From Haliotis rubra (lineage: Eukaryota), in assembly GCF_003918875.1 (NCBI RefSeq), contig NW_025766558.1:3596001-3660000 (forward strand): a stretch of DNA of 64,000 bases, written 5' to 3'. The notes beneath the pieces were generated by a model, which did not search any database, was not told the origin of the DNA, and saw nothing but the letters and a program-made list of their open reading frames with translations. Positions 25,221 through 38,739 of this stretch are shown one piece after another. A program made the position numbers and the translations under genes. The number at the start of each line of letters is the position of its first letter. The stretch's first letter is position 1.

Positions 25221-25794
25221 AGCCAGACACTTTCATTAAACCAAGTAAACGGGAACTGGTAAATTCACTGATATAAAGATATACATTGAATTCATATATA
25301 GGTGTCTTGGGTGTGAACTGAAATCAGTAGTGCCTGATATCTTAAGGTCGTCTTAGTATTCGTCTGCTTGAATACTGCGACTTGTTTTAGGATTCCACGA
25401 GTCCATCCAGTTAGTATGTACGCAAGTCTTTGCCTTCATGATGTTGGTGTACACACTGTATTAATTATTCTGTCATAAACAGTTTGTATGCAAATAGATG
25501 TTTTGCCCTAATATATTTGTGCTAGTTATTTCTTGATTTGATCGCTTGTCTTTCTTTGGGACCGATCACACTTTACATGTTACTACTAGAACACAATGAA
25601 GAATTTTCTTTTTCACTAGCTGAGAATAATAAGGATTTGTCAGTTCTATTTTTTGCATCTATATTTCTTTATTACATCTTTTATCAGCTGTTAAGGACGT
25701 TACAACAATTTCTTTATCATTTTATTTTTATGTATATTTGCAGATGTATATGACTATGTATCACAACAAATAATCAATGCTCTACACGTCTATG

Positions 25795-26051
25795 GACCCG
25801 TGAAGATCCGGGGTAGAATAGGTCTTCGTGCAACCCATGCTTGCCTCAAAAGGCGACTATGCTTGTAAGAGGCAACTAACCTAATCGGGTGGTCACGCTC
25901 GCTGACTTGGTTGACACCTGTCATCGGTTCACAATTGCGCAAATCGATGTTCATGCCGTTGATCACTGGATTGTCTGGTCCAGACTCGCTTATTTACAGA
26001 CCGCCGCCATATAGCTGGAATATTGCTGAGTAAAGCGTAAAACTAAACTCA
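25795..26051 (+). mobile_element. SINE-like retroposon (gacccgtgaagatc family)
   Basis: TSD ctacacgt(c/g)tatg and (actc) tail. Confidence 0.85.
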
Positions 26052-26304
26052 CTACACGTGTATGGAAATTGAAAATGTAATAAAACTGATGTTCGATGCA
26101 TAAATTAATACCAGACACCATATACCGACTTCTCCGAAAACATACACTAACAGATTTAGGGTACTTCTCAGTGTAGTGAGTGTGCATTGAGGAACTTATC
26201 CACTTCCGTAACGTCATTTCATAGAAAAGATTATCGCCATACTAATATCTTTACGGATACATTTCATCAGAAGACGCATTTTATGACGAAGCTGATATTT
26301 TTCA

Positions 26305-29300
26305 TTTTCATAAAATCATGAACCTGAAACGTACACGTAACTATTTCGGGTTTTACCTTTCCATACCGACGTATGTACGCCTGAAGACAGCCTCAACACA
26401 TTGATCGTACATTGCCGTCATGATGACTGCAAATTTTACCGTGACTGCTGAAAAATTCATTCAGTATTAAATCGGTTTTCCATGAACATATGATAGGCAA
26501 GTGACTTGCTTAACAGTCTACAGTAGGTCTGTTCGAAACGTAGTCGTGATCGGGATCGTCCAACGACTGTATGTTGTGAACTGGTGGAATCGTCGTCAAT
26601 ATTCCAGTCGGTCCTACCGCTGGAAATACTTTTAAATTGAAAAGAGTGTATGTATCATATTATCTGTATCTGGTATACCATTAAAATCCAGGTTTGACTT
26701 TGTGAGTTGATTTATTTCCTAAACTAGAAGCAGACCTCAGAAGCGAACAGGCTCGGCACCGCTGCCTTGTCCGTGTGTTGATGTAGCGACTGTCCGGTAT
26801 GACGGCACGCGATCACGTGACCGACTATTTCACTATCTTGCGAAAATGCTTTCGCGGGAGGTGCGTTTTAGATTCCTAATACAAGCTGTATAATGAAATA
26901 TTACTGTTTCTAGCTGCATTTTGTGTATATCATATATACCTAGGGGTTCATTAAGAGCGAATTTAAACAATGTGTAGTGACATTTTTTTTAAATCCTTTA
27001 ACGCCGCACTCATAACAATTAAGAAGATACCGTTAAAGAACATAGTGCAAAAGTTACCTTTCACCGCATCAGCATAGATTTCTTGAAAAAAAAAATTCTT
27101 AGACATCTTTTCACTTTCTCTGTCTTGTGGACTTTTGAACCTCCATTCTGCATCACTCGAAGATGTCAAGTGGTCGAAACATTTCCAGTTTATCTCCTTC
27201 ATGATCATGGTTTGTTAGAAAAGTCTGGACGCCTTTATATATTTTGTCTTAATTTTTTTAATTCATTCCCATAGTTACATATACACAAACATATTATTGT
27301 AACAGAAGTGAGTGAGTGTGGTTTAGCGCCGCTCTTAGGATCGCTCCCGTAATACCATGGAGTGGAATACCAGAAACGAGTCCCTCAGACAGTACCCATG
27401 AGATAGAACCCGGCGTGACGAGCCAAAGCCTTAGCCACTAGGCTACTGTGCAACCACAATAACAAAAGCAATATACAAGTAGTGAGTTAAGTTTTACGCC
27501 GTACTCAGCAATATTCCAGTTATATGGCGGCTGTAATATACAAGTAAGATAGCGTTGCGCCTATCGGGTTGCCTGCTGGTAAGATGGCAGTTCTGCAGGA
27601 AGAGAGAAACAACAAAACCAGTTGAGCGTCAGTCAAGTTTACTACTGCCATGGCGGGGTTCGTGGTAACAAGGATTACTGTCTCATTCATGCATCACCTA
27701 TTTATACAATAAACATGGTTTAACATTAGTAATCGTGAATGTAGTATTTACTACAAATATACCAGAATACTTTCATGGCTTGTTGTCTAGGGTAATGATG
27801 TTTCTTATGAAAGTATACAACAGCAGCTAATAGCACTCATGCACTGAATGGCAACGCTTGTGGCTTCTACAATCCACCATAATTATATCTTTATAATAAC
27901 TATGAACTATTGAGTTATTACACTCCAAACCCAATCAATAACTTGGTATTGCAAAATTGAACAATGAAAACATGTAACCTGATTTGAACTATAGATTACA
28001 GGACCATTTAATAATTCGAAAACGCCTGACATAGTAGCTATTTCCAATACACTTAACATGTATTATAACCAGACTATGATAACTGCTGCGGTTACATCCT
28101 GGAAAACTTACTGCAGTTTCATTATACTTAGGTAATTACCATGATATGTCCATGACATCAAAATTACAAACTACTTACTTTTGTACAAAATATTCAACCA
28201 TTATAGAAATATTCAACTAACATTTCCATTTTAAAAATAAATTCGAGATTGACAACTATATAAATGAACTAACAAGGAATTATTCTACATATGGTTATTG
28301 TTATTATTTACTATTTCAACATGGCTGGATTTTTACCAACCTCCTGGCAATAATGGCTAAATGCATTTACAATACACATAACTGCTGATATAATGCTAAT
28401 AATTACCAAGCATTCTGTTCCTGATTAAAATACTCCCTAACAACTGAGATAAACTGAACCGCTCAAAGCGGATGTTTACACATGGGTGCAGCCATGTTGA
28501 ATCCCTAAGCGCCACCTAGTGTAGTGGAGACAACTCGTTCCAGCTTATCTTTCCAACTAGCAATATAAACTAATCTTCAAATTTACAACGATTTGTTAAT
28601 TCTCTTACAAACAACAAATTTCATAACAAACTCTAGCATTAATCTGTAACCATAAGTAATGGTTATTTAACGAATACACCCTGTTTACACATCTTGAAGG
28701 TCACGCTGTACGTGAACTCACTGTCCCTGACATTACGCGCTTTGACCTGAGTTTACCTAACCAATTCCAGTTTTACCACACTTTCTACAAGCTTGATATA
28801 TACATATATGAAATCTAGGAATGGTAAACTCAATTAACACTTTAATATCTATGGGATAATTACCTACAGGAAGAGAGAAACAACAAAACCAGTTGAGCGT
28901 CACTCAAGTTTACTACTGCCATGGCGGGGTTCGTGGTAACAAGGATGGGAACCCCGTAGACGTAACACCGTATAAGGCGGTAGGATGCTGAGAGTTACTT
29001 CCCTTTGGCCATGTACAAATGACGCTGACGCTGCCGTAACAGAGTGACAAAACCCCAAATACAAAGATTTTTTTGGGGGGGGTCCCCTTTTAATTGTCAT
29101 AATAAAAAAAGGAGGCGATTACCACATGTTACAATAGGTTAACAAATACCAGCTTCTAAAGGGTGGTTGGACAGTCAATGATTGAGAAATAGGATGAAAG
29201 GAAGCCATTTTTTTTCCAACATTTTCCACATCATTGTTTCTTTTAGAATTTGTTTTTCTTCTGCAAGAAAGATGAATTCTAAGGTTTTCAGATAGTTATT

Positions 29301-32300
29301 TATTTTGTGGAATTGTTTTTTTGATATTACATAAATAGATATGTCTCTTTGCAGAGAAAATTACATGGTTTAGTATTTTGTTGGCTTTTTCATAAAATCA
29401 TGAACCTGAAACGTACACGTAACTATTTCGGGTTTTACCTTTCCATACCGACGTATGTACGCCTGAAGACAGCCTCAACACATTGATCGTACATTGCCGT
29501 CATGATGACTGCAAATTTTACCGTGACTGCTGAAAAATTCATTCAGTATTAAATCGGTTTTCCATGAACATATGATAGGCAAGTGACTTGCTTAACAGTC
29601 TACAGTAGGTCTGTTCGAAACGTAGTCGTGATCGGGATCGTCCAACGACTGTATGTTGTGAACTGGTGGAATCGTCGTCAATATTCCAGTCGGTCCTACC
29701 GCTGGAAATACTTTTAAATTGAGAAGAGTGTATGTATCATATTATCTGTATCTGGTATACCATTAAAATCCAGGTTTGACTTTGTGAGTTGATTTATTTC
29801 CTAAACTAGAAGCAGACCTCAGAAGCGAACAGGCTCGGCACCGCTGCCTTGTCCGTGTGTTGATGTAGCGACTGTCCGGTATGACGGCACGCGATCACGT
29901 GACCGACTATTTCACTATCTTGCGAAAATGCTTTCGCGGGAGGTGCGTTTTAGATTCCTAATACAAGCTGTATAATGAAATATTACTGTTTCTAGCTGTA
30001 TTTTGTGTATATCATATATACCTAGGGGTTCATTAAGAGCGAATTTAAACAATGTGTAGTGACATTTTTTTAAATCCTTTAACGCCGCACTCATAACAAT
30101 TAAGAAGATACCGTTAAAGAACATAGTGCAAAAGTTACCTTTCACCGCATCAGCATAGGATTTCTTGAGAAAAAAATTCTTAGACATCTTTTTCACTTTC
30201 TCTGTCTTGTGGACTTTTGAACCTCCATTCTGCATCACTCGAAGATGTCAAGTGGTCGAAACATTTCCAGTTTATCTCCTTCATGATCATGGTTTGTTAG
30301 AAAAAGTCTGGACGCCTTTATATATTTTGTCTTAATTTTTTTTTAATTCATTCCCATAGTTACATATACACAAACATATTATTGTAACAGAAGTGAGTGA
30401 GTGTGGTTTAGCGCCGCTCTTAGGATCGCTCCCGTAATACCATGGAGTGGAATACCAGAAACGAGTCCCTCAGACAGTACCCATGAGATAGAACCCGGCG
30501 TGACGAGCCAAAGCCTTAGCCACTAGGCTACTGTGCAACCACAATAACAAAAGCAATATACAAGTAGTGAGTTAAGTTTTACGCCGTACTCAGCAATATT
30601 CCAGTTATATGGCGGCTGTAATATACAAGTAAGATAGCGTTGCGCCTATCGGGTTGCCTGCTGGTAAGATGGCAGTTCTGCAGGAAGAGAGAAACAACAA
30701 AACCAGTTGAGCGTCAGTCAAGTTTACTACTGCCATGGCGGGGTTCGTGGTAACAAGGATTACTGTCTCATTCATGCATCACCTATTTATACAATAAACA
30801 TGGTTTAACATTAGTAATCGTGAATGTAGTATTTACTACAAATATACCAGAATACTTTCATGGCTTGTTGTCTAGGGGTAATGATGTTTCTTATGAAAGT
30901 ATACAACAGCAGCTAATAGCACTCATGCACTGAATGGCAACGCTTGTGGCTTCTACAATCCACCATAATTATATCTTTATAATAACTATGAACTATTGAG
31001 TTATTACACTCCAAACCCAATCAATAACTTGGTATTGCAAAATTGAACAATGAAAAACATGTAACCTGATTTGAACTATAGATTACAGGACCATTTAATA
31101 ATTCGAAAACGCCTGACATAGTAGCTATTCCCAATACACTTAACATGTATTATAACCAGACTATGATAACTGCTGCGGTTACATCCTGGAAAACTTACTG
31201 CAGTTTCATTATACTTAGGTAATTACCATGATATGTCCATGACATCAAAATTACAAACTACTTACTTTTGTACAAAATATTCAACCATTATAGAAATATT
31301 CAACTAACATTTCCATTTTAAAAATAAATTCGAGATTGACAACTATATAAATGAACTAACAAGGAATTATTCTACATATGGTTATTGTTATTATTTACTA
31401 TTTCAACATGGCTGGATTTACCAACCTCCTGGCAATAATGGCTAAATGCATTTACAATACACATAACAGCTGATATAATGCTAATAATTACCAAGCATTC
31501 TGTTCCTGATTAAAATACTCCCTAACAACTGAGATAAACTGAACCGCTCAAAGCGGATGTTTACACATGGGTGCAGCCATGTTGAATCCCTAAGCGCCAC
31601 CTAGTGTAGTGGAGACAACTCGTTCCAGCTTATCTTTCCAACTAGCAATATAAACTAATCTTCAAATTTACAACGATTTGTTAATTCTCTTACAAACAAC
31701 AAATTTCATAACAAACTCTAGCATTAATCTGTAACCATAAGTAATGGTTATTTAACGAATACACCCTGTTTACACATCTTGAAGGTCACGCTGTATGTGA
31801 ACTCACTGTCCCTGACATTACGCGCTTTGACCTGAGTTTACCTAACCAATTCCAGTTTTACCACACTTTCTACAAGCTTGATATATACATATATGGAATC
31901 TAGGAATGGTAAACTCAATTAACACTTTAATATCTATGGGATAATTACCTACAGGAAGAGAGAAACAACAAAACCAGTTGAGCGTCACTCAAGTTTACTA
32001 CTGCCATGGCGGGGTTCGTGGTAACAAGGATGGGAACCCCGTAGACGTAACACCGTATAAGGCGGTAGGTTGCTGAGAGTTACTTCCCTTTGGCCATGTA
32101 CAAATGACGCTGACGCTGCCGTAACAGAGTGACAAAACCCCAAATACAAAGATTTTGGTGTGTGTGTGTGTGTGTTTTTTGGGGGTCCCCTTTTAATTGT
32201 CATAATAAAAAAAGGAGGCGATTACCACATGTTACAATAGGTTAACAAATACCAGCTTCTAAAGGGTGGTTGGACAGTCAATGATTGAGAAATAGGATGA

Positions 32301-32492
32301 AAGGAAGCCATTTTTTTTCCAAAATTTTCCACATCATTGTTTCTTTTAGAATTTGTTTTTCTTCTGCAAGAAAGATGAATTCTAAGGTTTTCAGATAGTT
32401 ATTTAATTTTGTGGAATTGTTTTTTTGATATTACATAAATAGATATGTCTCTTTGCAGAGAAAATTACATGGTTTAGTATTTTGTTGGCTTT
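26305..32492. repeat. Tandem duplication, 2 x about 3.1 kb (26305-29386 and 29387-32492)
   Basis: Near-identical copies with a T-run junction. Copy 1 ends inside the 3' end of the Tx1 LINE, which continues after copy 2. Confidence 0.95.
27308..27460 (-). mobile_element. Degenerate short tRNA-derived SINE (duplicated at about 30392-30540)
   Basis: Similar to the 62535-62704 copy. Confidence 0.65.
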
Positions 32493-34010
32493 TGAATTAC
32501 CAAACCAAACTAGATATTTTGATATTTTGATTACTTTAGTCAGGTATTTATTGATCCAGATCTCGAGCTCATTCCAAAAGGTCTTGGTTTCCTTACAATT
32601 CCAGTTTACATGACAGATTGTTTCCTGTAGGTCATGACAAAAACTGCACATGTCAGAATCTACTAGTTTCATTTTTAAAAGCTCCCTTTTGGAATATATT
32701 ACTCCATGTAAGAATTAAAACTGAAAATCAAGAAGATTTACATATTTTAAACTATACCTATAAATACTGACAATCTTATGCCATTCAAAGTTATAATTAA
32801 AAAGTTTTTCCCATTTCGAACATATCTTAAGCTTACTGTCATCTGATATAAGTCTATCACAGAAAAGTCTTGATCCTTTTGAGACTGTAATGAGGCTTTT
32901 GTTACAAATGGTAATGGTCATATTGTTGATATGTATCATCCTGTTATTTCTAATGGTTTGTTTCCAGGATATAGGCAAGACGTGTATAACATAATTGTAA
33001 TCAAACATTGTTCCTCTTATATCAAAAGGCATTAATCCAGATTTATCACATATATCTTTAATAGTTACGATTCCTTTACCAGCCCAGTGTTTTATGAAGT
33101 GATGAGTATACTTTAATCTGTGATTAAACCATACAGGCTGTGCGAGAATATCATCCATGTTAATCCAATAAGGGTTTTGGATATCAAAATGTTTTGAAGC
33201 ATTAGCCCCAAACTTGAATACATCATTGAAGGGTGTATCACATGGATTATTGCCGTGATTTTTCTACAATGTGATCTCGAAGTGGAGATTTTTAAAGCTT
33301 TAATAAAAGTTTGTATATCAATCATCCATAGCCCACCCTCTTTTTAAAATCTTTTCATAGTTTCTCTTTTAATTTTATTGTTTTTGCCCTTCCAAATAAA
33401 TTTGAAGAATATTCTTTCAAGTGAAGTAATAAAAGTGTTTGGTGGATTTGGTAATGTGTAAAAAATATGGACTAATTTTGAAACTGCTAATGTCTTGATA
33501 ACTGTAATCTGTCCTATTATGTTAAATGCCTTTTTCTCCAGATGGCAAGTAGTCTATTAATATCTTCCAGCCTTTTCCTAGTATTAATCACCCATAAGTC
33601 ACATAGTGTTGAAGTAAATTTGATACCTAATACCTCAAATTCATCTCTGTAGCATTCTGTTTATATCATTACATAATCTTTCTTCACTACCCGCTTTTGT
33701 TCCTATCCAGATTGCTTTAATTTTATCAATATTTATCTTAAGACCCGACATATTGTAAAAGGTGTTCAATGTATTGATAGCAGCATACAGGCCAACCTCT
33801 GAGCCATCAAGAAATAATTCTGTGTCATCAGCATATTGTCGAAGATTATATTCTTTATCATCCATAGTAATTCCTTTTACGTCTTTATTTGCTCTTTCCA
33901 TACAACCTAAAATTTCAGCTACAAAGAGAAATAGGTAAGGGGATATGGGGTCTCCTTGTCTGCAACCATATTTTGTCTTAATTGATGTGCTGACATATCT
34001 GGTTAAACAC
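32290..34010 (-). mobile_element. 5'-truncated L1/Tx1-clade LINE ORF2
   Basis: GCRQGDPISPYLF, QYADDT, SGLKIN, PVWFN and the CCHC finger CSFCHDLQETICHVNWNC. Frameshifted. Confidence 0.9.
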
Positions 34011-35948
34011 AGTAACATATTACACTCGATCTTGTTTCAAATCAACTGATGTATCTTATGGTATCTAAAGGATATATCACAAAAAAATAGTTCTACAGAC
34101 TTGCTTTTTCATATCGTGTCATACCACTTCACAACTGCTGATACTTGTAATTGATAGGGAAGTGGGGTAAAGAGGGTGTGTGACCTTTTGTATGTGTTTT
34201 AGATTTCCGTGATTACATGTTGACTGGTTATTAAAGCAAAAATAATAATGGTTTGCATATCGTGTTTGTGATTCCTATGTTAGGCTTTTGGATGGACACA
34301 TTGGAAAATAAAATAGTCAAGGGACTGCGGGACAGGCTATTGCCACACCTCTGTCTGCCACTAGACTTATCTTCCATCCGGAGGGGAGGGGTGTAGGAAA
34401 ATGGGGGCGGGAGGGAAAGTGACTCCCGAACTGTTTACAAACTGTCGATTTAATTTATGTTTGAAGGTCGGCTCAACATTTGGTTTGTATAGTAAAAGAT
34501 GAGTATATTCCATGTATTCCCATTCCAAATTCCATTCCATCATTCCAATCCAAACTCCATTCCAAAAATCATTTCATATTTTACACTAAAAGAAATGGGA
34601 TTATTCCATTTGACTTTGATCACAAACAATGTACTTTTTAACTGTCTTTAAAATATGTGTCTTAAGGTTAAATGGTTTGTTGTATTCATGAATGCATGTG
34701 GCGAACTAAAATAGGAAAAAGGGATATGAAAGAAATCACTCTCCAAATTACGTAAGCGGGAAAGGAGAGTATATAATACGCAAAGGCAAAGTCTTGTGAC
34801 ACACAAACAACACGGAAAAGTGGTTGACATATGGCATGGAAATAACAAAAAAAGCAGAACACGGCCGTCCCGTAAGAAGTAACAGGCAATTTGCAGAGCG
34901 CACATGTTATAAACAAACGAGTTATGTGATATGCAAGTTTCAGGGGCACGTTCACACAGTCTGTGGAAAGGGGGTCGCTCTTGTACACAGCTGAGCAAGG
35001 ATAAGCCAGAGTCCCCACTGTGTTGTAGAGCGAGTTTCCATGGCGCGTTGTGTGGAGGGATCTGGATGGCATATATCGGTTGAGGGGGAGGGGAAAGGAA
35101 AAAAATGTTAGAGTCTGTTTAAATTGATGCCGTTCCTTTTTTTCCCCATTTTCTTAGACTGGTAATGGTAACGGACTGGATATGTGGTCTCTTGAAGAAC
35201 GGCTAAAACACTTTCTACCGAACATTTTTCACCTTTGGTTGGTTTGCTATACTTGAACATAAACATTTTCCCTGGTTCTATACAAATCGTAATGCGATAT
35301 GTTTGTAAGGGGAAAACATCGGCTCACAAGAACCTTACCTTTGAGCATGCATGCATGATACAAACGAAACAATGCTCAAATACTAATACTACAATATGTA
35401 ATATGTGCAAAACGTTCAAGTGTGGAATTAGTGAATCAATAGCTTAAATAGACACAGCTTCAGATTTTAAATGTCATAGTTAAAAAGGCCGGGGTGCAAT
35501 GCAAAAATCCCATTGGCCACACCTCAAAAGTGGAGAAGTCATCTTCCCATGAGTCTTAGGACTATGGGTGCCTGGCAAGAGCCTGGTGATGTCGAAGGTT
35601 AACCTTGGAATTTACTACTAGAATATAGCATATGCCCAACAACCCTTTCAATGCATGTAATGATGACTAAAGAGATTAGCATATTTGAAATTTCAATTTT
35701 GACTTCAATATGGTGATGTGTGCATCAAATAAGTGTACAACCCCAACCCTAACCCTGCACAGCATGCATATGCTGTGAAACCCTGACTGAAACTTTTCCT
35801 CCACTCACAGGCCCGTCTCTATGGATACGCACCTCCTCTTGCCACCTTACTGATACAGTGGGAAATGCAAACATGGATTTAAAAAGACTGTCTGCATTCA
35901 TACGTTTTGCCGTGAGTCTTCATAACATACTTGTCACAATGGTCCCTA

Positions 35949-36976
35949 TAGTACTGTCGGAAATACACAAAAAACTGTATTTTCTCATTTATCTCTACAA
36001 TTTATGTAGTTGATATGTGAAAGTGTGAAATATCTGTTAAACTAAGTTCGGCCTAACTACAGTCTCGGTGGTAGAGAGATAGGAAACGGAGAAAAAGGAC
36101 TTTACGGAGGGGAAATTAGTGCAGAAATGAGCGATGCGGTTCTTTTCTAAGTCCAAAAAGACTTATTTGGAACAGACCTTGGCTTTATGCAAATTAGTGT
36201 GCGACGATATTGTATTACAAAGGAAACTTTTTAAGTGCCCAATTTGAAATTAGACGTAGATTCATTATAAACGATAGCTGACGTAACAAATAATAACTTT
36301 TATGCCGAAACTATTAAGGATGTAGCTACCACGTAGTCTCACTGTCACTATAAAAAGAAACAGATAGGAGGGGTCGCCTCAAAAGCAAAACCTGGGGTCG
36401 GGCTTGGGGATAGAGATACCAGCTAAGATAAGATAATCCTTAAGGCCATCTCTACTGGGGAGGTACACGGCACGTCATAACAATTTACAAATAATATCCA
36501 GTCCTGTCGATCTTCGGGTGGTCATGCCACCTATATACTACGATGCGTTTCTATGGTTTTCGGGTATCATACTCTCTTACATATCTCAACATAAACTTTA
36601 TGAAAGAAAGACACGTAAGATGTTAATCAGTAGATGAGACATAGTCAACACACATGAAAAAGCACAAAATATCTTTGAGATGACCCCTTGTGCCTGTAGG
36701 CAGCACCTGCATTTCATGCCAGGTGAGTCGACGGTCCGTCGTCATACCTGGCTGAGCGACCTAATTATCATCAATAGTCTGATCTATTGTTTGCAGCAGC
36801 GTTTTGCCCGATTTTACGAGTAAACATGCTTTTCTGGCTATCGTATTACGCATCCCCCTGAACGCCCAGTTAGACCGAAGTGGGTTATTTCGACATATGC
36901 TATTTGCAATTGTGTCAATTTTAGGGATACAGAGTAAGAGCCTAAAACCAGTTTTTTTCTATTTCCGACAGTACTA
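35949..36976. mobile_element. Non-autonomous TIR element with TA TSD (Tc1/mariner-type)
   Basis: TIRs tagtactgtcggaaata...aaaaactg and cagtttttttctatttccgacagtacta. It interrupts the LINE-UTR motif ggtcccTAgtatggtgatctacc at the TA. Confidence 0.8.
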
Positions 36977-38739
36977 TAGTATGGTGATCTACCTTCAGTC
37001 GTTGGCGACCTATAGCCTGTTTTTATATTGTATTGTCCTAGTTTGAAATCCAATTGCAGAGAGAAATGCTATTTCTAATTCTGGATTCTGTGATATTATA
37101 GTTGGTTTTATTGTCCTTCGTTGACAGGTTTTTGATAATTTAATTGCGTTTATTATGACTTTATAAATTTTAAAGTCAGGATATGGGTGAAATATTGCCA
37201 TTGTGACTATAAATTTTAACTCACTCACTCACTCACTCACTCGTAACATACTTCTTCAAACTATGGCTTAATATCATCATGAACCGGAAGTAATTTTTTG
37301 TGATATTTAACGGAATGTATTTGAATACTGCTTTGCTTTGCACCGTAAGACAGCTTTGACCAGGCCACGTGGCCACAACTCATGTGTGTATGGGTTTGAA
37401 CCCTTTAAGGTTCTGATTTTAATCATAAAATTATTGTCCTCCTGAGAGGGTACGTAAGTCCCAACATTTTACAAAATCAATTTAAACTTAACAGGATTTT
37501 AAACGTAGTATTCTTGTTATTTTAATTTTGGCTAACATTTCTTACAATCGCCAGCAGCTGAAGGGATGGTGTAAATCCAACTGTAAGTCCCCATGATCCC
37601 TAGTATGGTGATCTACCTTCTGTTGTTGCGCGATATATATATGTTGCGATGTACCGTCTGCAACATGAGAAGCCTCAGCTAGCTCGTCAGCGGGCATGAG
37701 TGAGTGAGTTAAAGCTTAACGTCACATCGGCAATCAGCAGGCATGAGGATGCAGTAACTGAAAGGAAACTGTGTGATTTATGCTTGCACAAAGCAGCCGT
37801 CTCAATATAGCGTATAATATGTATATGTGAATGAAGATAATCCCATCTGCAAATACCCTGTATGATTGGCTTACAATACCCGGATGTTCGATTATACAAT
37901 TCTGACCATATAATAACTGCTTGTATCTTCGTTTGTTTGCTGAAGAGCGTATTCAGCATTATTCCAGCTAAATGATGACGATCTCTAAACAATCGAGTCG
38001 GAACCAGGCAATCCAGTGATTGACATCATTAGATGCAGTGACAAGGCATTGTTATGAATTCTGTATCAAATAGTAATGATACCAGATGTTCGCAAACGTT
38101 TGAGCGTATCCTGCCCCACCGGAAGTAGTAGTCCTGAACATATACACAATTTAGTCAGTAGTGGACCTGGAGAAAATTGGGAACTGATGGTACAAGTTAG
38201 GATAGTGAATTGCATCGGACATTATTTTTGTCACTGATCCATCAAAATTTAAACTGTCCTTCACATGTCTACCATAAACCTTTAAAGCTGTACTTGGGCC
38301 TTAAATTATGTTACCTTGATCAATCAACTTCCGAACAAGCGTGGTATGACGCTCTTTGAAATCTTAGTATGATTTATGATCGATGTAAGGAATGAATTCG
38401 ACCCCTCCTTAGACTGGAATGAGACTGAATCCAATGGTGCACTGCCAGTTATAGTTACAACAGAAGCCAGCTCCGTTCCTTCTGTCTTTTCTTGCAATCG
38501 CGACATACACGTTGAAGGTGGAAACGTATATAATTTGCAGCCTCATTGTATTGTAATCCTATATATAAAGACATCTTTGAAGCAAGTCTCGTGAAACAAC
38601 CATATGTGGTATTAAAACAACTAGCTGCAATTACGACTGATAACAGGTTTTTATTTAGATTAGACCACTACCACTTGATCTGTAGGTAAATACTTAAGTT
38701 ACACATGACAACAGTAATCAATCAAAATTACTTGAAGGA

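Noticed and set aside
27532-29041. Solo LTR with TG..CA ends
   Set aside because: The apparent TGTAATA start overlaps the TSD (aatatacaagta) of an adjacent SINE tail fragment, and the flanks show no LTR-type TSD.
22719-34588. One large TIR element bounded by tagtgtaaagtatgg..ggaatggaatttgg and its approximate reverse complement at about 34520-34588
   Set aside because: The similarity is loose and satellite-like, there is no matching TSD and no transposase between them. Independent fragments are equally likely.
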